Of a stretch of DNA of 64,000 nucleotides, positions 50,269-60,842 are shown in pieces. Source of the DNA: Filomicrobium sp. GTDB lineage: Bacteria; Pseudomonadota; Alphaproteobacteria; Rhizobiales; Hyphomicrobiaceae. A program made the translations under genes and the position numbers. Under the pieces are notes generated by a model. That model worked only from the letters and a program-made list of their open reading frames with translations, had not been told where the DNA came from and searched no databases. Location: positions 7,542 through 71,541 of the forward strand of contig JARFQY010000048.1 of the NCBI GenBank assembly GCA_029287535.1, in the 5' to 3' direction. The number at the start of each line of letters is the position of its first letter. The first letter of the stretch is position 1.

Positions 50269-50814
50269 TCAAGATCCCCCCCGGCGATGCTCCTCTAGCC
50301 GCGGCATGATCTCAACGAAGTTGCAGGGCCGATGTCGATTGTCGAGCTGCCATTTTAGGATCCCCTCCCAGGCGTCGCGGCACGCCCCCGGAGACCCCGG
50401 CACGCAAAAAATGTAGGTCCCAGACGCAACGCCCGCGAAAGCTCGCGACTGGATTGTCGAGGTCCCGACTTTCTCGAACGACAATTGATGAAACAGGGTC
50501 GAGAAGCCGTCGATTTCTTTTTCAAACAGCGGCCTGACGGCTTCCGGTGTTACATCGCGTCCCGTAAACCCGGTCCCCCCGGTCGTGATCACGACGTCAA
50601 TCTCATTGTCCGCGATCCAACGCTGCACCACCGCGCGGATCGACGCGACATCGTCGCTCGACAGCGCGCGATCGGCAACGACATGCCCGGCCTCGGTCAC
50701 GAGCCGAACCAGAAGCCCCCCCGAGGCGTCCTCATCAAGCGTGCGTGTGTCGGACATCGTGAGTATTGCGATGCGGACCGGGATGAAGGGGCGGTTTTCG
50801 TCGATTTTGGGCAT
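50269..50814 (-). CDS. moaB: Molybdenum cofactor biosynthesis protein B
   Basis: Start at ATG 50814. 'VRIAILTMSDTR', 'VVITTGGTGFTGRDVTPEA', 'CVPGSPGA'. Confidence 0.85.
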   Translation of the reverse strand: MPKIDENRPFIPVRIAILTMSDTRTLDEDASGGLLVRLVTEAGHVVADRALSSDDVASIRAVVQRWIADNEIDVVITTGGTGFTGRDVTPEAVRPLFEKEIDGFSTLFHQLSFEKVGTSTIQSRAFAGVASGTYIFCVPGSPGACRDAWEGILKWQLDNRHRPCNFVEIMPRLEEHRRGGS

Positions 50815-50945
50815 GATGATCCGTGCTGATCTGTCAGACTGGCGCAAACGGCCGTCGGCTGGCCGGGCACCCCTTCCACCATTCTCTGGTCAAAGCGGCG
50901 GCGCCGCAAGCCTAGCGGCTTTTCACCGGCACCAAAACAGGACCA

Positions 50946-51449
50946 TCAGGCGGCGCGGCGAGAATTCTGAAACTTGTCGCAGCCACGTGCCGGGATCAGC
51001 AAATTGCTGCGAACCTCATCCCCATAGCGAAGCTGCCTGACATCCAAGATCACCGTCACGATCGGCCGGCCCAGGTCAATTTTGACATGCCCGCCGTCAC
51101 CAAGTTCCGCATGCATGCTGCGCAGCTCTGAAAGCATGGACGAAACCGGTCCATTGTGTCTGCGTCGGAAGTACGCCCCTCCTTGAAGTCTGAGGCGTTT
51201 CAGTTCGTTGGTCTCGCTTTTGGTGACGCTTGATGGCAGCTCGATGCAGGCCTCGAAGCAGGCGCCGCCGTCTTCCAGCGCCGAGTGCTGCAGCAGCCCG
51301 TAGCCGATTTCAACTTCGCTGCCGAGAGACTTACGCGTAATCCAGTCGTTCAGGATGTCCCAGGACTTGCGGATCGACACACCCGAAGCCCTCGGTGAGT
51401 TGATCCCCACCAAGCGTAGCGGACGCAGATACACTAGTCCCACAGACAC
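50946..51449 (-). CDS. GyrI-like small-molecule-binding domain protein
   Basis: 167 aa, GTG start. Duplicated beta-alpha-beta-beta-like pattern: 'VYLRPLRLVG...GYGLL...FEACIELP', 'LQGGAYFRRRHNGP'. Confidence 0.6.
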   Translation of the reverse strand: MSVGLVYLRPLRLVGINSPRASGVSIRKSWDILNDWITRKSLGSEVEIGYGLLQHSALEDGGACFEACIELPSSVTKSETNELKRLRLQGGAYFRRRHNGPVSSMLSELRSMHAELGDGGHVKIDLGRPIVTVILDVRQLRYGDEVRSNLLIPARGCDKFQNSRRAA

Positions 51450-51609
51450 CTTGGACGTCCCTAATCAAACATGGCGGCAACCGCCCAACAGACTCAATTC
51501 CCGCACTATACGAGGTTGGGCTTTGGTTGAACTTAAACCTGAAGGATAAATTGCGACCAATCGCGCCAGAATCTCTTAGGGTGACTCGATCCTTTTTCCG
51601 TGTGTTGAA

Positions 51610-52521
51610 TCAAGACGATTCTAGCAGCGCCCGCTGCAAACTGATGAGATCCTGCCAAGCCTGCCGTTTGGCGGCGGGCGTCCTCAGCAAGTAAGCCGGA
51701 TGCAGGGTTGGCAGCGCACGCAGGGTACGTCCACCAAGGCTGACTTGCTTCCACTTGCCGCGCAGCCGCATGATTCCGTCGCTGACCTCTAGGACATTCT
51801 TTGCAGCTGCGCCCCCTAACAGCAGCAGGAATTGAGGTTCCACCAAAGCCGTCTGCCGCTCGAGGAACGGCCGGCAGCTTGATGTCTCCTGCAGCGTTGG
51901 CGTGCGGTTTCCCGGCGGCCTCCAGTAGACCACGTTTGTGATGTGAACCGACTCTTCGTTTAGCCCGATAGCCGCCAGCATACGGTCGAGAAGCTGGCCC
52001 GCCCGGCCGACGAACGGCCGCCCCACCAAATCCTCGTCCCGCCCTGGCGCTTCACCAATGACCATAAGGCGCGCACTCTTCGCTCCCCTGTAGAAGCACA
52101 TGTTTTTCGCGGTCGCCCTCAAGGCGCAGCCTTCGAAGCTTTCCAGGGCTGTACGTAGCTCTTCAAGGTTGCTTGCCCGTGCCGCAAGGGTCCCTGCCGC
52201 CGCGACGCCTGGGTCCAATGGGCTTCGTGCCGCACCGCCCGCAGCCGGCGGACGCCGCTCCGGTCGAACCGTCGCCGCCCCACCGGAACGGCGTGTTTCG
52301 CCCTGCCTCGTTCGCTCCGGCACCGGCCCCGGATGGGACGCAGTTCTCCGGTCGCGGCTATTTGGCGCTGGTACCAACGCTTGGCGAATGGCATCGCCCG
52401 GGGCAGCATGACCGTGATTCAGCCAATCGACAGCCTCTTCGCTTAGAGCGCAGTCAACGCCCAGCTCTGCATAGAAGGCGAGCAGTTCGACTAAATCTTC
52501 TTTGATGGTTTCAATCGACAT
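51610..52521 (-). CDS. Family-4 uracil-DNA glycosylase with an N-terminal extension
   Basis: 'MVIGEAPGRDEDLVGRPFVGRAGQLLDRML', 'LHPAYLLR'. About 130-aa N-terminal helical segment plus an Arg/Pro/Ala-rich linker. ATG 52521. Confidence 0.85.
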   Translation of the reverse strand: MSIETIKEDLVELLAFYAELGVDCALSEEAVDWLNHGHAAPGDAIRQALVPAPNSRDRRTASHPGPVPERTRQGETRRSGGAATVRPERRPPAAGGAARSPLDPGVAAAGTLAARASNLEELRTALESFEGCALRATAKNMCFYRGAKSARLMVIGEAPGRDEDLVGRPFVGRAGQLLDRMLAAIGLNEESVHITNVVYWRPPGNRTPTLQETSSCRPFLERQTALVEPQFLLLLGGAAAKNVLEVSDGIMRLRGKWKQVSLGGRTLRALPTLHPAYLLRTPAAKRQAWQDLISLQRALLESS

Positions 52522-52675
52522 GAGCGCCACGTTAGCGCTAAAGCAGGGATTTCAGTAGTGCGAGAAGCCTGCACAATTCCATTGGCGTGGAAAAAACGAT
52601 GCAATACGGCGTGCAAGGTCGCTTCAGCACGCCACCCGTTCTAATGCGACGAGATCAATTAGGAGCATAGCACGC

Positions 52676-54358
52676 ATGGCGGAAATGAACGGCGAGCTGC
52701 CGGAGCGCGATTCAATGGAATTCGACGTCGTGATCGTCGGCGCCGGCCCGGCCGGTCTTTCGGCGGCGATCCGATTGCGCCAACTGGCAGAGGAGGCCGG
52801 CAGCGATCTCAGCGTCGTCGTTCTCGAAAAGGGCTCCGAAGTCGGCGCCCACATTCTCTCCGGAGCCGTCATCGATCCATCCGGACTCGATCGCCTATTG
52901 CCGGAGTGGAGAGAGAGCGATTGCCCCCTCAAAACGCCCGTTGCAGAGGACCGCTTCTACTATCTGCGGCCCGCCGGCAAGATCACCATACCGAATTTTC
53001 CAATGCCCCCGTTGATGAACAATCACGGCAACTATGTCGGCAGTCTCGGCGAATTGACCCGCTGGTTGGGCGAAAAAGCCGAAGCGCTCGGCGTCGAAAT
53101 CTATCCCGGCTTCGCCGCTGCCGAAGTCCTATACTCTGACGACGGCGCTGTTGTTGGAGTGGCGACAGGAGACATGGGGGTTGGGGCCGACGGAAAACCC
53201 GGTGACGGTTTCACACGTGGCATGGAGCTGCGCGGAAAATACACGCTGATCGCCGAAGGCGCGCGCGGCTCGCTATCAAAGCAACTCATCAAGCACTTCA
53301 AACTCGATGCGGACCGCGACCCGCAAAAGTTCGGCATTGGCCTGAAGGAGCTTTGGGAGATTCCGGCCGAAAAACACAAGCCAGGCCATGTGCAACATAC
53401 CTTCGGCTGGCCTCTCGACAATGCCACCGGCGGCGGCTCCTTTCTCTATCACTATGGCGACAATCTCGTCTCGCTCGGCTTCGTTGTGCATCTCAACTAC
53501 ACGAACCCCTATCTCAGCCCCTATCACGAGTTTCAGCGGTTTAAGACACACCCTTTGATTGCAGAGCTGCTCGAAGGCGGCCGGCGCATCGGCTATGGCG
53601 CGCGGGCCATCACTGAGGGCGGCTGGCAGTCCATCCCACAGCTGTCGTTTCCTGGCGGCGCACTGCTGGGTTGCGCCGCAGGCCTGGTGAATCTGCCCCG
53701 CATCAAGGGCTCACATAATGCCGTGCACTCGGGCATCGAAGTCGCGGAAACGACCTTTGCCGCGCTGCAGGCAGACCGCAGCCACGACACGCTCGAGGGA
53801 TACGAGGATCGTATTCGCGACGGAATTGTCGGTAAGGATCTGCGTAAAGTGAGAAATGCGAAACCACTTTGGTCTCGCTTCGGGACCGTCGGCGGCATCA
53901 TGATGGCCGGGGTCGATATGTGGGCCAATACCATCATCCCCGGCTTCGGGCTCGGTTTCACTTTGAGCCACGGCAAGCCCGACAGCGAGTCGATCGAACT
54001 GGCGGCCTCAGCCAAGAAAATCGATTATCCTAAGCCCGACGGGAAGCTCACATTCGACAAGCTGACAAACGTCTCCTTCTCGGCCACCAACCATGAAGAA
54101 GATCAGCCGGTGCACCTCGTTCTCGCGGACCCTGCGATCCCAATCAGTATTAACTTGCCCAAATACGCCGAACCCGCTCAGCGATACTGTCCAGCCGGTG
54201 TCTATGAGGTCATCGAAGGAGAGGACGGCAAACCTCGTTTCCAGATCAACGCGCAAAACTGCGTTCACTGCAAAACCTGCGACATCAAGGACCCCAGCCA
54301 GAACATTACCTGGGTCTGTCCGGAAGGTGGCGGCGGCCCCAACTATTCAGGGATGTAA
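52676..54358 (+). CDS. Electron-transfer flavoprotein:ubiquinone oxidoreductase
   Basis: FAD motif 'FDVVIVGAGPAGLSAAIRL'. C-terminal 4Fe-4S region 'YCPAGVYE...NCVHCKTCDIKDP'. RBS AGGAG. Confidence 0.93.
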   Translation: MAEMNGELPERDSMEFDVVIVGAGPAGLSAAIRLRQLAEEAGSDLSVVVLEKGSEVGAHILSGAVIDPSGLDRLLPEWRESDCPLKTPVAEDRFYYLRPAGKITIPNFPMPPLMNNHGNYVGSLGELTRWLGEKAEALGVEIYPGFAAAEVLYSDDGAVVGVATGDMGVGADGKPGDGFTRGMELRGKYTLIAEGARGSLSKQLIKHFKLDADRDPQKFGIGLKELWEIPAEKHKPGHVQHTFGWPLDNATGGGSFLYHYGDNLVSLGFVVHLNYTNPYLSPYHEFQRFKTHPLIAELLEGGRRIGYGARAITEGGWQSIPQLSFPGGALLGCAAGLVNLPRIKGSHNAVHSGIEVAETTFAALQADRSHDTLEGYEDRIRDGIVGKDLRKVRNAKPLWSRFGTVGGIMMAGVDMWANTIIPGFGLGFTLSHGKPDSESIELAASAKKIDYPKPDGKLTFDKLTNVSFSATNHEEDQPVHLVLADPAIPISINLPKYAEPAQRYCPAGVYEVIEGEDGKPRFQINAQNCVHCKTCDIKDPSQNITWVCPEGGGGPNYSGM

Positions 54359-54736
54359 GCCGACCAGAAACCGCGTGTTTTGCGACGGAAGGTTTGGGCC
54401 ACAGGGCTGAGCTTGTTAACAAGTTGTGACTGTGACGTGCTGCGGCCACTGCCTCATTAATGTGCGCTGGAGCGGGGCAAGAATCGGGACACAACCACAA
54501 AGCCTCCATAGAGCATTGATAAATATATGACTTTTATGGAAGGCCTGGCGCGGAAACAACGTTTTGCACAACCCTTCCGTGCGGGCAACCAAAGGAACCA
54601 AAACCTTGCGGACGCCTTGGTATAGCCTCGTGAGTGCGTATATGATCGCAAAGTTCCGAATCTTGTTGCTAGACTGGCAAGTCGCTGGCTAGGCGAAAAT
54701 ATATGAGCCTGCTCATTCAACAGAGGGATTTCCCGC

Positions 54737-56557
54737 ATGAGACTCACACGCTTGCTGCGTGTCCAGAATGTCGGCCTTCTTAGCTTAGCAGCGCTGCTAA
54801 CCAGTTTTATGACGCCCGCGCCGGCGTCAGCTTGGTCAGGCGTCGATGGCACCAACACACGTTCGCTAGCTGGTAGTTACCTTGCTGGTCGTTTCGCGCG
54901 GTCCAGCCATGATACTGGCAAAGCCGCGAACTTTTATCGCAATGCTCTGCGCCAGGACCCCGACAGTGGCGTTCTTCTCGAACGGACCTTCTTGATGGAG
55001 GCCTCCGAGGGCAATTGGGAACGTGCGGTCGATCTCGCTCAGCAGGTCGTAAAACAGCAGCCACGCCATAGGATGGCTCGGCTGTTGTTGGGACTGGACG
55101 CCTTCAAGTCGCGCTCCTACAAGCGCTCACTCAAGCACTTCAAAGCCGCCGGCAGCGGTCCCATTGGCGAATTGACCAGTGTCATCACCCAGGCATGGGT
55201 GGAACACGCCCGCGGCAACACCATCCGGGCGCTCTCATCGTTAACCTTACGCCGTCAGGCGGATTGGGCTCGCTTCTACCTGCGCTACCACCGCGCGCTG
55301 ATCGCCGATCTTGCCGATCGTCGCTCGGACGCCAAACGTGCCTATGAAAGCGTTTTCCAACAGGATAGCAGGACGCTGAGAACCGCCCTTGCCTACGCTA
55401 GGAGTTCCGCGCAAGCCGGCGACTATCGCCGCGCTAAAAGCATCCTGCGAACCCACATGCGTCAATCCTCGGGTCAGCCGCATCCGCTGGCGCAGGATTT
55501 GATGGACCGTCTGACCAGGGGCGATAAGGTCACACGAATGATTGACGACCCCCGTCAAGGCATGGCCGAATTGTTTTACGGCCTTGGCGAAGCCCTGACC
55601 GGCGAAGGTGGTGTTTCAATCGGAGTGTTGTATCTCCAGATGGCGCTCTACCTGAAACCGCGCCATCCATTTGCACTGGCGGCTCTCGCATCCGCCTACG
55701 AGTCGATGAAGCGCTACGAGAAAGCGATCGACGTCTACAATCAAATTCCAACGGGTTCACCGCTTCAGCTCGCAATCGACATCCGCAAGGCTTTCAATCT
55801 CAATGAGCTGGAACGCGTTGAGGACGCCAAGACGCTCCTGGAGCAGGTCGCCGCCGCCAACCCGACCAGCATTAAGCCCTATGATGCCCTCGGCAATATT
55901 ATGCGCGCCCGTAAGCGCTACAAAGAGGCGATCGTCTATTACACCAAAGCCATTGAGTTGATCGACGAGCCCAAGAAGAAGGATTGGGTTTACTTCTATT
56001 CGCGCGGCACCTGTTACGAGCGCATCAAGAAGTGGAAGCAGGCCGAGGCCGATCTTAAGCAGGCACTCGATCTCGATCCCGATCAGCCGCTCACGCTCAA
56101 CTATCTTGGTTATTCCTGGATTGACCAGAACATCAATCTGCGCCGCGGCCTGAAGCTCATTGAAAAGGCCGTTTCTCTGAAGCCGGATGACGGATACATC
56201 GTCGACAGTCTCGGTTGGGCACATTACCGGCTTGGCAGTTTTCCAAAGTCCGTAAAGTACTTGGAAAGAGCCGTTGAGCTGCGCCCCGAGGACCCGGTTC
56301 TCAACGACCACCTTGGTGATGCCTACTGGCAGGTGGGACGAATTCGTGAAGCCCGCTTCCAATGGGATCAGGCCTTGAGCCTCAATCCAGAACCCGAGCT
56401 CATTGGAACCATTCGCACCAAGCTGGCTGAGGGTCTGCCGGTCAAACGACAGGCTCTGGCTGATCGAGCCACGACATTGGAGCCGGAGCTAGAGGCAACG
56501 AACTCTTCGCGTTCTGAAGAGAAGCCGGTCCCCATACCACGGCGCCGAAACAAATGA
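54737..56557 (+). CDS. Exported TPR-repeat protein
   Basis: 606 aa. Signal peptide (...TSFMTPAPASA). Multiple TPR-like repeats (for example 'YERIKKWKQAEADLKQALDLDPDQPLTLNYLGYS'). Immediately upstream of ispE. Confidence 0.8.
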   Translation: MRLTRLLRVQNVGLLSLAALLTSFMTPAPASAWSGVDGTNTRSLAGSYLAGRFARSSHDTGKAANFYRNALRQDPDSGVLLERTFLMEASEGNWERAVDLAQQVVKQQPRHRMARLLLGLDAFKSRSYKRSLKHFKAAGSGPIGELTSVITQAWVEHARGNTIRALSSLTLRRQADWARFYLRYHRALIADLADRRSDAKRAYESVFQQDSRTLRTALAYARSSAQAGDYRRAKSILRTHMRQSSGQPHPLAQDLMDRLTRGDKVTRMIDDPRQGMAELFYGLGEALTGEGGVSIGVLYLQMALYLKPRHPFALAALASAYESMKRYEKAIDVYNQIPTGSPLQLAIDIRKAFNLNELERVEDAKTLLEQVAAANPTSIKPYDALGNIMRARKRYKEAIVYYTKAIELIDEPKKKDWVYFYSRGTCYERIKKWKQAEADLKQALDLDPDQPLTLNYLGYSWIDQNINLRRGLKLIEKAVSLKPDDGYIVDSLGWAHYRLGSFPKSVKYLERAVELRPEDPVLNDHLGDAYWQVGRIREARFQWDQALSLNPEPELIGTIRTKLAEGLPVKRQALADRATTLEPELEATNSSRSEEKPVPIPRRRNK

Positions 56558-56576
56558 TAACCCGGCACAGCTCGAT

Positions 56577-57452
56577 GTGATTGCGAATAGAGCACGCGCG
56601 AAGATCAACCTAACACTCGAGGTGTTGGGCCGGCGCGCGGACGGGTATCATGAAATCGCTAGCCTGATTACTTTTGCCGACGACGCCTATGACATCGTAA
56701 GGCTCGACGTTGGCAAACCGGTCGGCGTTACCGTCAGCGGCCCCTTCGCCTCTGCGATCGTCGGCGAGAACATCGTCAGGCGGGCACTCCAACTTCTCGC
56801 GGACGCCGAACCAAGATTGAAACTCGGCGCCATCGACATTGAAAAGCACCTCCCCGTTGCTGCTGGCATAGGCGGGGGATCAGCCGACGCCGCCGCCGTC
56901 TTGCGAGCCGTTCAGCAAGCCAACCCGGAACTCGCTGCCGGCATTGAGTGGACGTCACTTGCTGCGAGTCTCGGCGCTGATGTATCCGTCTGCTTCACCA
57001 ACCAAACCTGCTGGGTTACTGGCGTCGGAGAAAAATTGGCACCGGCAGGGCCGTTGCCATCACTGGGCGGCGTGCTTGTAAATCCAATGGTTGACGTGCC
57101 TTCCGACAAGACCTCACAAGTCTTTCAGCGGCTCCAAGCACCCTCGATAAAGCAAGCCCCCGTGCGCGCCGCGCCGCCGCCTGAGGCATTACACCGCACA
57201 GCCCAACTCATCGAATTCATGCGGCGGTCGGGAAACCAGTTGCTGGCCCCCGCGACCGCTGTAATACCGCAAATCGAGGAGACCTTGAGCATCATCCGCG
57301 AAGCGCCTGGATGCCGCTTTGCTGGACTCTCTGGCGCCGGCCCGACATGTTTCGGCGTTTTCGATGCGCCCGACTCTGCTGCCACGGCACTTCAGCGGGA
57401 ACACCCCGGCTACTGGATCAAGCCAACGCGGTTCGGCAACTCGAGCTCCTAG
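56577..57452 (+). CDS. ispE: 4-(cytidine 5'-diphospho)-2-C-methyl-D-erythritol kinase
   Basis: GTG start. 'AKINLTLEVLGRRADGYHEI'. GHMP motif 'PVAAGIGGGSADAAAVL'. Confidence 0.9.
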   Translation: MIANRARAKINLTLEVLGRRADGYHEIASLITFADDAYDIVRLDVGKPVGVTVSGPFASAIVGENIVRRALQLLADAEPRLKLGAIDIEKHLPVAAGIGGGSADAAAVLRAVQQANPELAAGIEWTSLAASLGADVSVCFTNQTCWVTGVGEKLAPAGPLPSLGGVLVNPMVDVPSDKTSQVFQRLQAPSIKQAPVRAAPPPEALHRTAQLIEFMRRSGNQLLAPATAVIPQIEETLSIIREAPGCRFAGLSGAGPTCFGVFDAPDSAATALQREHPGYWIKPTRFGNSSS

Positions 57453-58462
57453 TGCGCTCGCGCGATGCAGAAACCGATGACATCTTGCAACGCCTGTTTT
57501 TCACGGCTGTCCTTAAAAATCTCCATGGCATCACGCGCAACCGTGCCATAGGAACGCGCCCGCTCGACCGTCGCCGTGATCGCATCGTGCCGCGAGATCA
57601 AGGACACGGCATGCTCGAGGTCACCCTCCTCGATCTTTCCTTCCCCGATGGTGCGCAGCCAGAAATTGCGCTCGCCTTCGCCACCGCGCCGGAAGGCCAA
57701 AATCACAGGCAGTGTCACCTTGCCCTCGCGAAAGTCATCACCAACGGCCTTGCCGAGGTTCTTGCTGTCGCCGGAATAATCGAGCGCGTCATCAATCAAC
57801 TGGAATGCGATACCAAGGTTCTTGCCATAGGACCTGAGCGCAGAGAGTTCCTCGGCGGGGCGATCGGCAAGCGCGGCCCCTGACTCGGCAGCACCCAGGA
57901 ACAGCGCCGCCGTCTTCGCATTCACGATCCCAAGATACTCGTCCTCGGTCGTAGCGAGGTTTTTGGCGGCCGATAGCTGCATCACCTCGCCTTCAGCGAT
58001 TACCGCCGCCGCATTCGACAAGATCCTCAGGACCTGCAACGAGCCGACATCGACCAGCATACGGAATGCCTGACCCAGAAGAAAATCGCCGACCAGAACA
58101 CTGGCCTGGTTGCCCCAGATTGTACGCGCAGCCCGTTTGCCGCGCCGGTAGTCACTTTCGTCGACCACATCATCGTGCAGTAGCGTCGCCGTGTGCATGA
58201 ACTCCACGGCCGCGGCAACCCGGACATGCTCCTTCCCCTGATACCCGGCCATTTTCGCCGTCGCGATCGTCAGCATTGGCCGGAGACGCTTGCCACCTGA
58301 ATCAATCAAGTGATGCGCCAATTCCGGTATCATTTCGACATCGGAAACAGCTTTGTCCAATATCAGCCGGTTGATCCCCTCCATGTCCTCGCGCACGAGT
58401 TCGAGCAGGGGTTTTAGACCATTTGGATCTCGGGATTCTTCGAACGGGACTACTACGCCCAA
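57449..58462 (-). CDS. ispB: Polyprenyl (octaprenyl-type) diphosphate synthase
   Basis: TTG start. First Asp-rich motif 'LLHDDVVDESDYRRG' and second 'FQLIDDALD'. Its 3' end overlaps the ispE stop by 4 nt (convergent). Confidence 0.88.
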   Translation of the reverse strand: MGVVVPFEESRDPNGLKPLLELVREDMEGINRLILDKAVSDVEMIPELAHHLIDSGGKRLRPMLTIATAKMAGYQGKEHVRVAAAVEFMHTATLLHDDVVDESDYRRGKRAARTIWGNQASVLVGDFLLGQAFRMLVDVGSLQVLRILSNAAAVIAEGEVMQLSAAKNLATTEDEYLGIVNAKTAALFLGAAESGAALADRPAEELSALRSYGKNLGIAFQLIDDALDYSGDSKNLGKAVGDDFREGKVTLPVILAFRRGGEGERNFWLRTIGEGKIEEGDLEHAVSLISRHDAITATVERARSYGTVARDAMEIFKDSREKQALQDVIGFCIARAH

Positions 58463-58578
58463 TGTTCATTCCTCAGTTGAGTTGCTTCGTCCTGTCGTGC
58501 ATACGAGGGCGAACCGGGCGGACAATAAAGCCTCTTTGCCGCATACGCATCTGAAACTTAAGGGTCAGGCCGCACAGC

Positions 58579-58812
58579 ATGCATGAACTCATACGGACGA
58601 ACGACCCGGTTCTTTTGAGTTATGTCGAGAAAATCCTTGCTGAGTCCGGCATAAAAGCTGTGATACTGGACACCAACATGAGTGTCCTAGAAGGATCACT
58701 AGGGGTGCTTCCGCGCCGCCTCCTGGTCCCAGACGCATACGAAACAGCCGCACGTCGGATTATCCGCGAGGCCGACCTTGGTCAATGGCTGATTGATGAA
58801 AAAGACCCTTGA
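58579..58812 (+). CDS. DUF2007-like small protein
   Basis: 77 aa. 'LIRTNDPVLLSYVEKILAESGIKAVILD' resembles the DUF2007 fold signature (from memory). Confidence 0.65.
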   Translation: MHELIRTNDPVLLSYVEKILAESGIKAVILDTNMSVLEGSLGVLPRRLLVPDAYETAARRIIREADLGQWLIDEKDP

Positions 58813-59620
58813 GCCCCGTCCGATCGCCAGTCCGGCCCGCGATGAACCACCCTCCGCCGGATTATCCGATGACGCGTTCCTGGGCGGCAGACTCCAGCTT
58901 TTGCAACCGCGACACGGCTATCGCGCCGGCATCGACGCTGTGCTTCTCGCAGCAGCCGTAGAGGCAACAGATGTGGCGACTGCAAATCTTCTTGATCTCG
59001 GCGCCGGTGTCGGCACCGTTGGGCTGTGCGCGGCCCGCCGGATCGCCTCGTTGCGTGTAACACTCATAGAGCGTGAACCGGAATTATGCGATATCGCAGC
59101 CAAGAACATTCAAAGAAACGGGCTTGAAGCCCGAGTCCGCTGTATAAGGGGGGCAGTCGGCACACCCTTCGGTCAACTTGCCGCGGCAGGTCTTGCCGAT
59201 GAGAGCTTCACACACGTCGTCGCCAATCCTCCGTTTATGGCGCCGGGAACAGGCACCAACAGCAAATCCCGCCTGAAGGCAGCGTCGCACGGTTTGCAGG
59301 ATGGTCAGTCGTTTGATGACTGGGCACGCTTCGCCGCCCGCATGCTCCGCCCGGACGGCTCCGTGATCTTGATTCACAAAGCCGACACTCTATTTGAGGT
59401 TCTCTCAAGCCTTGACGGGCGCTTTGGCGCAGCTACCGTCTTGCCCCTGCATCCACGCGCGGGCGAACCCGCCAACCGAATTATTATCAAAGCCATCAAA
59501 GGACGCCGCACCAGATTGACCCTCATGCCAGGCCTCACTCTCCATGGTGAAGGCAACAGCTTCACGCCGCGCTTGGATTCTATTCTAAGACACGCGGCTC
59601 CGCTCAAAACCACGCAGTGA
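58796..59620 (+). CDS. N6-adenine-type SAM-dependent methyltransferase (tRNA m6A37 YfiC-like)
   Basis: ATG 58796. Motif I 'LLDLGAGVGTVG' and motif IV 'VVANPPFM'. Confidence 0.8.
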   Translation: MKKTLEPRPIASPARDEPPSAGLSDDAFLGGRLQLLQPRHGYRAGIDAVLLAAAVEATDVATANLLDLGAGVGTVGLCAARRIASLRVTLIEREPELCDIAAKNIQRNGLEARVRCIRGAVGTPFGQLAAAGLADESFTHVVANPPFMAPGTGTNSKSRLKAASHGLQDGQSFDDWARFAARMLRPDGSVILIHKADTLFEVLSSLDGRFGAATVLPLHPRAGEPANRIIIKAIKGRRTRLTLMPGLTLHGEGNSFTPRLDSILRHAAPLKTTQ

Positions 59621-59737
59621 GGCGATGTCAAGAAACCGCTTTCGCTGCCTTACACCAAAACAGATAATCACCGCGCGGCACGGCCCTCCGCTGCCGCCAT
59701 CAGAACATTCCAACAATCAGATGCGGGGAATAACTTA

Positions 59738-60574
59738 ATGTGGCCATTCACAAGCGGACCGGTCGTGCCCGTCCTGCGCTTTACTGGTCCCATAGGCATG
59801 GCAACTCCGTTGCGCCAGGGGCTTTCTCTGGCCGCCGTCGCCGGCGCTATCGACCGTGCCTTCAAACTTTCACGCCTGCCAAGCGTCGCGGTGGTCATCA
59901 ACTCCCCGGGTGGGTCCCCCGTACAATCAAGCCTGATCTTCAAACGCCTGCGCCAGATGGCCGAAAAACACGACAAGAAAATCTACGTTTTCTGCGACGA
60001 TGTTGCCGCCTCCGGAGGGTATTACCTAGCCATCGCCGGCGACGAGATATACGGGGACGCCTGTTCGATCGTCGGCTCGATCGGCGCGATCTCAGGCGGC
60101 TTCGGATTCGTCGAAGCCATCGACAAGCTTGGCATAGAGCGGCGTGTCTACACCGCCGGCACCGCCAAAAGCCAGCTCGACCCATTCAGGAAGGAAAAAC
60201 CCGAGGACGTGGAACGCTTGACGCAGATTCTCGGAGAAATCCACGATGCCTTCATCGGCGTCGTGAAAGAGCGGCGCGGCGCCAGGATTCAGGCTCCCGA
60301 CTCGGAGGTCTTTTCCGGCGCGTTCTGGTCGGCCCCCAGAGCAATGGAACTCGGTCTCATCGACGGCATCACCGATCTCAGGACAAAAATGCAGGAATTG
60401 CATGGTGACAAAGTCCGCCTGCGCGTCGTCCCCTTGTCTCGCGGCGGTCTTTTGAACATGCTAAGAAGGTCGAATATGGAAGGGACCGGCCTGATCGGAT
60501 CAGGCCCCGGACTGGCTGACGAGTTCTTTTCGGCGGCCGAAGCCCGCGCATTATGGTCCCGCTACGGTCTTTAA
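59738..60574 (+). CDS. S49-family peptidase (SppA 36K-type)
   Basis: 'VVINSPGGSP' and nucleophile region 'VAASGGYYLA'. Confidence 0.85.
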   Translation: MWPFTSGPVVPVLRFTGPIGMATPLRQGLSLAAVAGAIDRAFKLSRLPSVAVVINSPGGSPVQSSLIFKRLRQMAEKHDKKIYVFCDDVAASGGYYLAIAGDEIYGDACSIVGSIGAISGGFGFVEAIDKLGIERRVYTAGTAKSQLDPFRKEKPEDVERLTQILGEIHDAFIGVVKERRGARIQAPDSEVFSGAFWSAPRAMELGLIDGITDLRTKMQELHGDKVRLRVVPLSRGGLLNMLRRSNMEGTGLIGSGPGLADEFFSAAEARALWSRYGL

Positions 60575-60591
60575 CCTTCAAGGAGGCCGCG

Positions 60592-60783
60592 ATGCCACCG
60601 CAAGTCCTGCTGCTGGCGGCGATTGGCGCAAGTTTCTATGCCGGCTACCGCTTGGCGCAACGGGCTCTGCAGGGCCCAAAGGCAACGAAGACCGCCAAGA
60701 CCGCCGAAGAAAAGCCAGAAGTCCGCAATCTTGGCGACCTGGTCCACGATCCCAAGACGGGTGAATACCGCCCGCAACCCTGA
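60592..60783 (+). CDS. Small single-TM protein (hypothetical)
   Basis: 63 aa. Strong RBS AGGAGG 5 nt upstream of ATG 60592. 'VLLLAAIGASFYAGY' TM segment followed by a Lys-rich tail. Confidence 0.5.
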   Translation: MPPQVLLLAAIGASFYAGYRLAQRALQGPKATKTAKTAEEKPEVRNLGDLVHDPKTGEYRPQP

Positions 60784-60842
60784 TGACGCCGGCGCCCAGA
60801 TGGGTATAGTGCTGCCGTTTTGAAACAACGACGCGAGCGGAC

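Noticed and set aside
50815-50945. Possible Moco riboswitch upstream of moaB.
   Set aside because: I could not find the conserved Moco-motif elements. The region also serves as the 3' flank of the GyrI-like gene.
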